In this document: piece by piece, positions 37,330 through 46,461 of the stretch
Layout: every line of letters starts with the position of its first letter
Numbering within the stretch: position 1 is the stretch's first letter
IMG/VR virus record: IMGVR_UViG_3300042564_002819
Coordinates: 266,025-330,024 of that record
Reading direction: 5' to 3' (one strand)
Length of the DNA stretch: 64,000 nucleotides
DNA from: a virus
Made by a program: the position numbers and the translations under genes
Notes under the pieces: generated by a model
Database searches by the model: none
Seen by the model: the letters and a program-made list of their open reading frames with translations, nothing else
What the model was told of the DNA's origin: nothing

Positions 37330-40300
37330 ATGAGATTAAGAAACCTTTTTGAAGTACAAGTGCAACCAGGTGAACGCAGAGGATTTTCGCTGCGGTTGAA
37401 GCGTCTTGAAGATTTGCAAGTAAAAATTGCAGAAATACAAAATACTATAAGCGAACTTGGTAATGTTAGCGTTCCAGAAAACTTAAAAAAACAAATGGAA
37501 GATCTTATCGATGCTGCTAAAATAGAAAAAGAAAAAATCTATGCAGAAGTATCTGACGCAGAAGTAAAAAATCCAAGAATTCAAGGAATACCTGGATCTG
37601 TCATGAAGTTACTTAGAGGCATAGAAAAAAATGCTTCAACTATAATGAACGCATACAGAAAAACTGGAAAATATCTCTATAGAGGAATCAAATCTTCCGA
37701 AGACGCACTTTATGGAAAACCTTTTGACATCAGAAAAGCCAAGGATAGTAATGTAGATTTAAGTAATGCATTAAATCAATCCTTAGCAGACCAAGGATTT
37801 AATGCTAGAAGAGACAACACTACTTTTACTTCTGGTTCTTATAATCAGGCTAGTAATTACGGTACTGTGTATATAATATTTCCTAGAGATGGGTTCTCAT
37901 TCCATTACAGTAAAAAGATAAGAGACCTTGTTTTAGATACCGGCAAGATTGATATGTTACTGGATCCCGAAATAACAGGTTATATCGAAAGTGCTATACG
38001 TTCTAACTGGAGCAATCTCAAAAACTATTTTTCTTATAAATTTAGTGGAGATAAATTCTTTACAGGTTATGAATATCAAAAAGATTTAGATGGGTTACAA
38101 CGTGCAGTAGCAGACGGTGTGCTTCCACAAGAATTTGCAAAATATAAGACTTTTTATGATCTAGTTGATCCTGCAAAAGTTATAGCTAATTTTCAATACA
38201 ATCAAACTGATCTCGACAGTGCTATAACTTCCGAACATGAAGTCATGATTACAGGACCGTATTATGCTGTTAAAACAGAGTCCTTTCAAGATTATATTGA
38301 CAAATATATTAAAATGACAGCAAATGGTGAATTTGATGTCACTCCAGATAACAAAAAAGAAAAAACTACTTTAAATCAAAAAATACAATCTATAGTAGGC
38401 GGTTCCGCGCCTGAGTTTGCAATAGGAGATTGGGTGCAGCATAAGTACGAAGGATTTAAAGGTGAAGTTGTTGACTATTACCATACCAATGACTTTGTTC
38501 AAATTAAAGATTATGCCGGAAAACTAAAATTAGTCAATAAGAAAAATATTGATAAAATTAAAACTCCTGAGATGCCCGACTACCAGCCCGGCGATAAAGT
38601 TTATCTAAGAACAAAAGACACAGAATGGGAATATTATAATAATAAAAAATACAAGGTAGTAGACTCTGATAAGTTTACCGTAACAGTTCAAAAAGGCAGT
38701 TACGACACCACAATTACATTACCTAAATTGTTAACCGAACCTGCTCCTAAATTTGATACCAAAGATCCAAGTGTAGGAGACACAGTTCATGTTACCAAGG
38801 GCGATTTTGAAAACATGTACGGAACTATTACATATGTTTCTAGTTACAGTAAAGATATTGATGTTGACTTCGGAGACAGCGATTCGCACACTGTTCAAAA
38901 AGGATCTTACGAAGTTATTGATCCTGCAACAAAACCTGCAGATGCAAACTCTATTGCATCAAAGTTTAAAGAAGGTGATTACGTTAGAATCTCTGACGAC
39001 GGGTTTGATTACAGTGGTCTTGTAGCGGTAATTAATAAACCTGGTTTATCAAAATCAAGAGTATATCCGTTCGGCGAAAAAAGTTATGCTTTAAGTATAA
39101 AAAATTCTAGATTAAAAGCTATTGATGAAGATGAATTTAAAAAACAATCGTTTAGCATAACAGATCAAGTAGTTGTATCTGGCGGCAAGCATGATGGAAA
39201 GAGTGGAAAACTTAATTATGTAAGCTTTGATGGAACTATGGAAATAGTTGTCAGTAGTGGTAACACCATAGAAGTACCCGGAAAATATGTTTTTAATCAA
39301 AACGTAAATGGTTCTCCTGAAAATAACGAGAATAAAGAAACAATTAAAAAAGGTGATTTTGTAAAAATCTCAGACGACTCGGACTTGTTCCCAGGTTCTG
39401 TAGCAAAAGTAGTTGTAAAGAATTCCGGCGAAAAATCTACAATATTAGTAAACAACGACAACAATCTCGATTATATTATTGATACAAAATATCTAACCAA
39501 GATTGATGAAAATGAATTTAACAATAAAAAGCTGTCAACCGGCGACGAAGTCAATGTCACAGACGGATATTATAAAGGAAAAACTGGAAAAATAAAATCG
39601 TTTGGGACTGATGGTCCTGTAAGAGTTGATATAACTTCGCCGTCCACAGGGGATACATTTACAATTAAGGTACTTCCACAATACTTGGAAAAAATAAATC
39701 AAAGCAGTGACGACTTAATTGATTTAATGGATCTTGAGTTTGAACCGATGGACGAGCCTACTGATTTTAAAAATAATGAAACTAAAAAATTTAAAGTCGG
39801 CGACAGCGTAAAAGTAATTAATGGTAAACACAAAGGAAAAACTGGAAAAATAAATTACCTATATACGTATACAAAAGAAGCGTATGTTGACTTCGACGGT
39901 GAATATCACGACATTGAGTTAAAAGACTTAGAGTTAGACAAAGAAGAATCAAAAACTGATAGCAATTTTAACAAAGACGAATTAAAAAAGCTAATCAGTC
40001 AAGGAAAAGAAAAAGGTTTTATAACCTATAATCAACTAAACGATGTAGTGCCTTCGGACAAAGTTACTTCTGAAGAAATTGAAGATATAATGGATATGTT
40101 AAATGAATTAGGAATCAATTTAGTTGATGCTGAAAAAGACTCGGCTCCATCAGGTGAAACTCCACAGGAATTACAAGCAAGAATAAACGATCCAGATACA
40201 AAAGCGTTCCTTAAACAAGCATTTGCAGATCCTGATGTAAAAGAACTAGTGAGTAATATAATCAAAAAGAAAATTATAACAACCGACGACATTGATAATA

Positions 40301-40389
40301 TATCTGTTCTAGTAGGATATGACAAGTATTTGTTTGGCATAAAACCATATATCGAACTTAAAGGCGTTGTATACCAACCTACTACTTGA
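37330..40389 (+). CDS. multidomain protein: Alt-like ADP-ribosyltransferase candidate, about 8 KOW-like repeats, C-terminal sigma70 region 1.1-like domain
   Basis: ART R-S-E candidates YLYRGIK / TFTSGSY / SEHEVMITG; repeats GDxVxVxxGxxKGKxG (e.g. GDEVNVTDGYYKGKTGKI, GDSVKVINGKHKGKTGKI); C-terminus ELKKLISQGKEKGFITYNQLNDVVPSDKVTSEEIEDIMDMLNELGINLVD versus E. coli RpoD QLKLLVTRGKEQGYLTYAEVNDHLPEDIVDSDQIEDIIQMINDMGIQVME. Confidence 0.55.
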   Translation: MRLRNLFEVQVQPGERRGFSLRLKRLEDLQVKIAEIQNTISELGNVSVPENLKKQMEDLIDAAKIEKEKIYAEVSDAEVKNPRIQGIPGSVMKLLRGIEKNASTIMNAYRKTGKYLYRGIKSSEDALYGKPFDIRKAKDSNVDLSNALNQSLADQGFNARRDNTTFTSGSYNQASNYGTVYIIFPRDGFSFHYSKKIRDLVLDTGKIDMLLDPEITGYIESAIRSNWSNLKNYFSYKFSGDKFFTGYEYQKDLDGLQRAVADGVLPQEFAKYKTFYDLVDPAKVIANFQYNQTDLDSAITSEHEVMITGPYYAVKTESFQDYIDKYIKMTANGEFDVTPDNKKEKTTLNQKIQSIVGGSAPEFAIGDWVQHKYEGFKGEVVDYYHTNDFVQIKDYAGKLKLVNKKNIDKIKTPEMPDYQPGDKVYLRTKDTEWEYYNNKKYKVVDSDKFTVTVQKGSYDTTITLPKLLTEPAPKFDTKDPSVGDTVHVTKGDFENMYGTITYVSSYSKDIDVDFGDSDSHTVQKGSYEVIDPATKPADANSIASKFKEGDYVRISDDGFDYSGLVAVINKPGLSKSRVYPFGEKSYALSIKNSRLKAIDEDEFKKQSFSITDQVVVSGGKHDGKSGKLNYVSFDGTMEIVVSSGNTIEVPGKYVFNQNVNGSPENNENKETIKKGDFVKISDDSDLFPGSVAKVVVKNSGEKSTILVNNDNNLDYIIDTKYLTKIDENEFNNKKLSTGDEVNVTDGYYKGKTGKIKSFGTDGPVRVDITSPSTGDTFTIKVLPQYLEKINQSSDDLIDLMDLEFEPMDEPTDFKNNETKKFKVGDSVKVINGKHKGKTGKINYLYTYTKEAYVDFDGEYHDIELKDLELDKEESKTDSNFNKDELKKLISQGKEKGFITYNQLNDVVPSDKVTSEEIEDIMDMLNELGINLVDAEKDSAPSGETPQELQARINDPDTKAFLKQAFADPDVKELVSNIIKKKIITTDDIDNISVLVGYDKYLFGIKPYIELKGVVYQPTT

Positions 40390-40413
40390 CATCTTTGATA
40401 AAAAGTGTATACT
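40386..40413 (+). promoter_or_regulatory. sigma70-like promoter giving a leaderless or near-leaderless mRNA
   Basis: TTGACA-N16-TATACT; ATG 10 nt after the -10, no SD. Confidence 0.5.
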
Positions 40414-40422
40414 ACAAACACT

Positions 40423-41316
40423 ATGAATCAAAAATTACAAGATCATTTAATCGGGTCACTTGTTGGCCTTGCCGTCGGTGATGCAGTAGGCACTACTGTT
40501 GAATTTAAACCGCGTGGCTCATTTCCTAAGATTGTTGACATGATCGGCGGCGGCCCTTTTAGATTGCCAGTAGGGTATTGGACAGATGATACATCTATGG
40601 CATTGTGCCTAGCAGAAAGTCTTATAGCATATCCACTGCTTGATAAAAAAGATTTGTTAACTCGTTTTTGTAACTGGTATAAGAATGGACATAATTCTTC
40701 TACCGGTCGTTGCTTTGACATTGGTAATACAACTGTCTCTGCACTAGAAGAATTTATTCACAGTGGTCAAACGAATAACAATCCTGAAGACTTTTATGCA
40801 GGTAATGGATCTATTATGCGATTGTCTCCTGTGGCAATTGCAAATTATAAAGACTTACACAAAGCAATTAAAATTGCACGTGAACAAAGTGAAACAACTC
40901 ATGAAACTATTAAAGCAACTGCTTCTTGTGAGTTGCTTGCAGAAATTTTAGTTAGAGCATACACTGCTGAAACTAAACAGCAAGTAATGGATATTGAATG
41001 TCCGTTACATTGGCCCGAACCTGTTTGCGATATTGTTGCATCTAGCGTTGTTAAAAAAACTGAAGCAGAAATTAAGTCTTCGGGTTACGTTATTGACACA
41101 TTAGAAGCAGCCGTCTGGGCATTTTTAAATACAGACAACTTTGAGGATGCAGTTTTAATAGCAGTTAATCTTGGACACGATGCTGATACAGTCGGTGCTG
41201 TAACAGGACAAATTGCCGGAGCATACTATGGAGAAACCGGAATTCCTAAACATTGGCTAGAAAAGCTTTATAACCATGAACACATCAGAAACCTTGCAAT
41301 CAAACTTTCCGAATAA
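40423..41316 (+). CDS. ADP-ribosylglycohydrolase (DraG/ARH family)
   Basis: LIGSLVGLAVGDAVGTTVEF and GYWTDDTSMALCLAESL match the ARH di-metal site region. Confidence 0.8.
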   Translation: MNQKLQDHLIGSLVGLAVGDAVGTTVEFKPRGSFPKIVDMIGGGPFRLPVGYWTDDTSMALCLAESLIAYPLLDKKDLLTRFCNWYKNGHNSSTGRCFDIGNTTVSALEEFIHSGQTNNNPEDFYAGNGSIMRLSPVAIANYKDLHKAIKIAREQSETTHETIKATASCELLAEILVRAYTAETKQQVMDIECPLHWPEPVCDIVASSVVKKTEAEIKSSGYVIDTLEAAVWAFLNTDNFEDAVLIAVNLGHDADTVGAVTGQIAGAYYGETGIPKHWLEKLYNHEHIRNLAIKLSE

Positions 41317-41797
41317 AGTAGTAGTTTTCTTAGACCTCGACGGTCCTATCATTGATCTTAAAACTTACAAGACCAACCCGATTGTGTCTTATTATAGAAC
41401 TGGTGGAAATTCAAAGGCTATCGAAAATCTTGTAAAGTTGTGCGACGAGTTTGGTCTTGAAATCGTCACTAATTCTATGCACAACTATTACCAGTTAGGA
41501 GATGATACTCTTCAGGACGATTTAGTATCCTGGGGTATTCCTGTAGATCTTTTTCACAGTGACTGGAGAACTATTTTTCCTAAAGTTAATTACAAGGAAA
41601 TAAAAAGCACTGTTCGGGGAATTGGTAGACTTTACGCTATTGAACAATGGATCAAAGAACATCCTGGGTATAACTGGATTTGTTTTGATGATCGAAAGTT
41701 TACAGAAGATCCGAGACTGATACATATTTCTAGAGAAAACGGAATCGACCAAGGATATTACGAGCAGGCAAGAAAAATTCTAAAAACACTTGCTTGA
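41276..41797 (+). CDS. HAD-superfamily phosphatase (paralog 3)
   Basis: motif I VVFLDLDGPI; ends CFDDRKF. Confidence 0.5.
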   Translation: MNTSETLQSNFPNKVVVFLDLDGPIIDLKTYKTNPIVSYYRTGGNSKAIENLVKLCDEFGLEIVTNSMHNYYQLGDDTLQDDLVSWGIPVDLFHSDWRTIFPKVNYKEIKSTVRGIGRLYAIEQWIKEHPGYNWICFDDRKFTEDPRLIHISRENGIDQGYYEQARKILKTLA

Positions 41798-41823
41798 CAG
41801 CAGTGTCGATTCCTGTTACTTTG
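41795..41823 (+). promoter_or_regulatory. sigma70-like promoter
   Basis: TTGACA-N16-TACTTT. Confidence 0.4.
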
Positions 41824-41843
41824 TTGCAAACATGGAGATCTAA

Positions 41844-42377
41844 ATGAGCGAACCCGTCTGCACTGTAATGGTTGGCTTGCCTGCTATGGGCAAGTCCACT
41901 CTTGTTAAAGGCATGTGGAAAGATGAAAGCACTTTCATCTACAGCACTGACGATCTTCTTGAGGCCGCTGCTAAAGAACTTGGCAGCACTTACAATGAAG
42001 TGTTTGAAACGCTAATCAAGTCAGTTACTGAGGCAGCAAACGGATCTCTCGATGTTGCCGTCAAGAACCGTCAAGACATCATCTGGGATCAAACCAACTT
42101 GGGTGCAGGCAAGCGTCGTAAAATTATTAATCGTATGCGTCAGGCAGGTTATCAAGTTCGTTGTGTTTGTATCGTTCCTCCTGAAGCAGGACACATCAGT
42201 AATCTCAAGGACTGGAAGTATCGTTTGGCTAACCGCCCTGGTAAAACTATTCCAGATGAGGTGTTGACAAACATGTATCGTTCGTTTACACTGCCTACAG
42301 TAGAGGAAGGGTTTGATATGATTACCTTCTATAACATGCACGGTGCCCTGTTGGGTGTTGACTATGGAGAAGAATAA
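41844..42377 (+). CDS. P-loop polynucleotide kinase-like (Pnk kinase domain-like)
   Basis: Walker A VGLPAMGKSTLV, 177 aa, directly upstream of the RNA ligase. Confidence 0.5.
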   Translation: MSEPVCTVMVGLPAMGKSTLVKGMWKDESTFIYSTDDLLEAAAKELGSTYNEVFETLIKSVTEAANGSLDVAVKNRQDIIWDQTNLGAGKRRKIINRMRQAGYQVRCVCIVPPEAGHISNLKDWKYRLANRPGKTIPDEVLTNMYRSFTLPTVEEGFDMITFYNMHGALLGVDYGEE

Positions 42378-43534
42378 TGCACTACCGTTTTCCTGAGATC
42401 CGTCACATTAGTGATGTGCTTCCGCACATCGAAGGTCGTGAGGAATTTGTTGTAGCAGAGCGTGAAGGCTACACTGTGATCAACTACGTGGTTGCAATGG
42501 CCGACACCTTTGACATGACTGGAGCAGATGACTTGGGCGGTGCAATCCGTCGTGAATGTCGTGGCTTGATTTTTGACCGTGATGGTAACATCATGAGCCG
42601 TCCGTTTCACAAGTTCTTCAACATCAACGAGCGTGAAGAAACTCAAGCACATCGGTTGGATCTCAGTGTTTTGTTTGACCATGTGATCATGGAAAAGATG
42701 GATGGTTCGATGATCCGTCCTATCTTAGTCGATGGACACTTGCGTCTTGCTACCAAGATGGGTGTAACTGAAGTGGCCATGCAGGCCGAAACTTGGCTAG
42801 CTGCTCAGGACCCTATGTTGAAGAAGTGGATGGCTATCATGATGGCACAGGGTATTACTCCGATCTTCGAGTGGGTAAGCCCGTTCAATCAGATTGTGTT
42901 GGCGTATGAAACCGCTGATCTTGTGCTATTGGCACTGCGTAACAACATCACTGGCGAATACCTTGATGTCGGCGATCCAAAAGACGACAAACTGTGGACT
43001 GTGGTTCCGCAGTATGGTTCAGTAGAAGGCAACCTTGGTGACTATATTGCTCGTCAGCGTGGTGCAGAAGGTCGCGAAGGTGACATCATTCGCTTTGCGG
43101 ATGGGCATATGGTCAAGGTCAAGAACGACTGGTATGTGCGTATTCACAAGACTGTGGATCGCATCGTGTTCGACCGTAACATTGTTGCTCTTATCCTCAA
43201 CGAGGAAGTGGACGACGTGTTGCCGATGTTGCCGCAGGTTCAAGCAGATCGTGTTCGTGTATTCGAGCGTCGATTCGCCGAACGGCTTCACGCTGTGGTT
43301 GAAAACTACGAACGCTACTGGAACACTGTAGTAGCATCGGGTCTTGACCGCAAGCGTTATGCTCAAGAGTGGATGCCTACTATTAAGGGCAACGATCCGT
43401 TTGCTACTAACTACGTGTTTGGTCGCTTTGCTGGTCGAGATGGTCGTCAAATGATTCTTGATCATATCGAAAAGAGCATCACTACCAACGTTCGTTGGGA
43501 TGAATGTGCAGCGTGGATGGGGATGGGTCCGTGA
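42377..43534 (+). CDS. rnlA: RNA ligase 1
   Basis: ECRGLIFDRDGN..RPFHKFFNINE..MEKMDGSMI (KxDG nucleotidyl-transferase lysine) and DGHMVKVKNDWYVRIHKT parallel T4 Rnl1 ECRGIMFEMDGE..KEDGSLV..DGSHFKIKSDWYVSLHST. Confidence 0.8.
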   Translation: MHYRFPEIRHISDVLPHIEGREEFVVAEREGYTVINYVVAMADTFDMTGADDLGGAIRRECRGLIFDRDGNIMSRPFHKFFNINEREETQAHRLDLSVLFDHVIMEKMDGSMIRPILVDGHLRLATKMGVTEVAMQAETWLAAQDPMLKKWMAIMMAQGITPIFEWVSPFNQIVLAYETADLVLLALRNNITGEYLDVGDPKDDKLWTVVPQYGSVEGNLGDYIARQRGAEGREGDIIRFADGHMVKVKNDWYVRIHKTVDRIVFDRNIVALILNEEVDDVLPMLPQVQADRVRVFERRFAERLHAVVENYERYWNTVVASGLDRKRYAQEWMPTIKGNDPFATNYVFGRFAGRDGRQMILDHIEKSITTNVRWDECAAWMGMGP

Positions 43535-43773
43535 CCGATCCCCTCTTTTCTATCTGTAAACGTCTTCCTACAGACTACAGTGATTATGGCGGAGAGATCA
43601 AGCGTTGGGACTACGAAGGCGTAGACTATCCTGACTGTAGTTGTGGTTGTCGCTGGTTTTTGCCACTTGAAGGCGACTTAGGTTCTGACTGGGGTGTTTG
43701 CAGTAAATTAGATGGCCCAAGAGCAGGATTGCTAACTTTTGAACATCAAGCAGGAAAGGGCTGCTTTGAATAA
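43504..43773 (+). CDS. small Cys-rich protein
   Basis: CSCGC...C cluster. Confidence 0.3.
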   Translation: MCSVDGDGSVTDPLFSICKRLPTDYSDYGGEIKRWDYEGVDYPDCSCGCRWFLPLEGDLGSDWGVCSKLDGPRAGLLTFEHQAGKGCFE

Positions 43774-43921
43774 CTATTATGAACTTTGACGAATGGTTTG
43801 AACAACACCGAGACATTTTAGCAGGTCTGCTACGCAATGATCAACTAGAAGCACTATGGATTGCGTGGTATGCTGGCTACCAAAAAGGTCTTGACGACAG
43901 AATTAAAATTGATAAAGAATT

Positions 43922-44296
43922 TTGGACACTAAAATGAAATACTGGTCACTGTTTTTAGACGACATTCGGTTTCCGGAAGATGTAAAATTCTTCTATGGCC
44001 CCTATGAGAATCTGCGTATTTGCCGCAGCATGGATGATGCTGTGTGGGCAGTCAAGCAGTATGGTTTGCCTACATTTATTAGTTTCGACCATGACCTTGC
44101 TGACGTTCACTACATCATCGGCGATGGCGAAAAGACTGGCTACACCTTTGCTAAATGGTTCTGTGATTATGTGATGGATAACGATTTGATTTTGCCTGTG
44201 GGCTTTGGATATCATGTTCACAGCATGAATCCAGTTGGTGCTGTGAACATTAGAACTTACATGGAAAACTTTTTAAAGGCATATGACCGTGACTAA
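43922..44296 (+). CDS. hypothetical protein
   Basis: 124-aa ORF. Confidence 0.35.
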   Translation: MDTKMKYWSLFLDDIRFPEDVKFFYGPYENLRICRSMDDAVWAVKQYGLPTFISFDHDLADVHYIIGDGEKTGYTFAKWFCDYVMDNDLILPVGFGYHVHSMNPVGAVNIRTYMENFLKAYDRD

Positions 44297-44516
44297 TGAA
44301 GAACGCTGGGCCAAACTGCTCGAACCTTGTAAGTGTGAACCACGATACACTATTGAACCGCACGGTACGGGTTATGCGTTGTATCACGGTCGTTGCGTTC
44401 ACCGTCACGGATACAATTTGGTTTATTTGAATGAACCTGCTGCTAACTGTGATCTAAAACACATTGAACGCTTGCTTAATGTAGGCGATGCATTTGTCAA
44501 GGAAGGCTTGTTATGA
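44283..44516 (+). CDS. hypothetical protein
   Basis: 77-aa ORF. Confidence 0.3.
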   Translation: MTVTNEERWAKLLEPCKCEPRYTIEPHGTGYALYHGRCVHRHGYNLVYLNEPAANCDLKHIERLLNVGDAFVKEGLL

Positions 44517-44953
44517 ACTACGCAGAAAATCCAATTACAGATTTAGCAGACTGCATCGCTCACGCTCAGTATGTGGGCTTCTCAGACATTGAATACGAAC
44601 GAATGGACTACGATGCTGTTCGCAATGCTAGAACCGCCGAAGAAAAGCGAGCAAGCATGAGTGCTACAGTAAAAGCACTTCGTCGTCCAACTACACGAGA
44701 CTTTGGGGTCTATGCAATGTTTCCGCAAACTTGGGGCAGCACTGCTCTAGGACACGGCGGAATGGGCGGAGCAGCCATGACTAAAGCATATACTGTTGTG
44801 TTGGAATGTTATGCCACGCAGGAGTTTTTGGTTTACTTTGGCAGTGAGTTCTGTTATAAAGTAGATAGACGCAGCAAGAATCTTGATGTGTTTATCGAAG
44901 ACTGTCGTAACCACTGCTTGGCAAGCAAACGAGATAGCGAGAAATATCAATGA
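44513..44953 (+). CDS. hypothetical protein
   Basis: 146-aa ORF. Confidence 0.35.
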   Translation: MNYAENPITDLADCIAHAQYVGFSDIEYERMDYDAVRNARTAEEKRASMSATVKALRRPTTRDFGVYAMFPQTWGSTALGHGGMGGAAMTKAYTVVLECYATQEFLVYFGSEFCYKVDRRSKNLDVFIEDCRNHCLASKRDSEKYQ

Positions 44954-45315
44954 TCGACTTTGAGAATCTAAATTTTGGTGATCGAATATATGTCGTTTCT
45001 GAAAGAAACAATGCGTTTACCAAAAAGAAAATTGAAAAGACAGACGAAAACGGAATCACTTGGTTTCGTTATGACAGAGATCACTGGGAGTATTCAATCA
45101 GCGAAATTGTATACTGCGGTAAAGTAACATATGTAGAAGAAGGCGAAGTTCGTTTTAGCGAAGACCGTTTAACTGAATATCACTTTCTGTATCCAGATGG
45201 TCAAATCTATCACGAAAATGAACCTGGATACAACGATGATTTTGATGACTGGTTTCTTACCAAAGAAGAAGCAGAAGCATACATAGACTTTAAAAAACAA
45301 ACAAAAAATTCTTAA
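44950..45315 (+). CDS. hypothetical protein
   Basis: 121-aa ORF. Confidence 0.35.
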   Translation: MIDFENLNFGDRIYVVSERNNAFTKKKIEKTDENGITWFRYDRDHWEYSISEIVYCGKVTYVEEGEVRFSEDRLTEYHFLYPDGQIYHENEPGYNDDFDDWFLTKEEAEAYIDFKKQTKNS

Positions 45316-45319
45316 GGCA

Positions 45320-45812
45320 AGTTAGGAAAGTAAAGGCTATATACGACACAGTTTAGCCGTGAGGTCACCTTGAGCCCGCAATGCGGTCGGATCTGGTGGT
45401 GTTCCTGGCGTGGTTCTTGCACGCCTTGTAGTCCGTTATCGTGGCTCCTTGACCGGAGCGAATGAGTAGGCTCTCCTGACACTTGGATCCTACAGACGAC
45501 GAGACAGTTGGTCATATTATTGTCTCGTGAGTCCGCGTTGTAATTAAGCACAAAATAAAAAGGTACAGCACAACCGCCTTTCCCTTACCAAGTAGGTTTT
45601 TGAATATGACTGTGATGAAAGAACTCAGATAGAGTCTTTTTTGCCTTAGCCTGTAAGAAGGCTAAGTGTGAATCCAAATCTAGATAGAATCTCTCATAAA
45701 AAACAATATGTTAAGTATTGAATGAGACAAGTGTCGAAATGAAAAACTTAACTGATCAACGTTAGTTGATCACACTACGATAATTCAAAATAGATTTAAG
45801 GTGAATTATGAC
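45320..45812 (+). ncRNA. about 500-nt non-coding interval, candidate structured RNA
   Basis: no credible ORF on + strand; locally GC-rich hairpins (TTGCCTTAGCC-TGTAAGAA-GGCTAAG); ends at the promoter 45813..45841. Confidence 0.3.
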
Positions 45813-45841
45813 TTGACAGAACACCGGTTGAGTTGTATGTT
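45813..45841 (+). promoter_or_regulatory. sigma70-like promoter
   Basis: TTGACA-N17-TATGTT. Confidence 0.5.
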
Positions 45842-45862
45842 GAACTATAGAGGAGAAGATTT

Positions 45863-46108
45863 ATGATCAATAAAGAACCTAAGCAATACCTTTGGGTCAA
45901 GCAGGGCCGTGCTCCGATTTTTGTTACAGATTTAGTAGCACTATACAAGGATCACGACTTTGATCCTGCTGAGGATAAGATTTACGAAATTGGTCCAGAA
46001 GTTAAACTGGAACTGAATGTCAAAGTAACACCTGCTAAGCCTGTGTATCGTGATAACACTACTGATAGTGTCACAGGCTATCGTGTGCCTTTTGAAAATA
46101 GGGACTAA
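45863..46108 (+). CDS. hypothetical protein
   Basis: 81-aa ORF with GGAGAAG RBS. Confidence 0.35.
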   Translation: MINKEPKQYLWVKQGRAPIFVTDLVALYKDHDFDPAEDKIYEIGPEVKLELNVKVTPAKPVYRDNTTDSVTGYRVPFENRD

Positions 46109-46110
46109 CA

Positions 46111-46461
46111 ATGTCCTGTAAAGTATTTCTGTTCGACGACAATAACTGGCTCTACTGTAGTGATGTAACTTTTGAAGATGGTGTATATCACGGTTGGGTA
46201 GAAAACGGTGCTTGGCATCTGATGTATGACACCAAACTGGAAGGATGGTTTGCTTGTGAGAGTAGAGCCGCAGCAAACAGTCTTGTAGCAGTTACCAAAG
46301 GTTATAAAAAACTCGTTTGGGCTTGTGATCCTGGAAAAGGTGGTGATTATAACACTGTTATTGCGGACGCACAAGAACGCTATGCTGCGGGCGAACCTGC
46401 CGACTTTGAACTCAAACCCAAACCTGTGCGTAAAGATAAAGAAGATGAGGTGGCATTCTAA
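46111..46461 (+). CDS. hypothetical protein
   Basis: 116-aa ORF. Confidence 0.35.
   Translation: MSCKVFLFDDNNWLYCSDVTFEDGVYHGWVENGAWHLMYDTKLEGWFACESRAAANSLVAVTKGYKKLVWACDPGKGGDYNTVIADAQERYAAGEPADFELKPKPVRKDKEDEVAF

Noticed and set aside
41276-41316. 41-nt overlap between the ARH gene and HAD paralog 3 as evidence of a frameshift fusion
   Set aside because: The frames differ and both have independent motifs. An overlap of this size is common in this genome. The HAD gene may also start at an internal codon.
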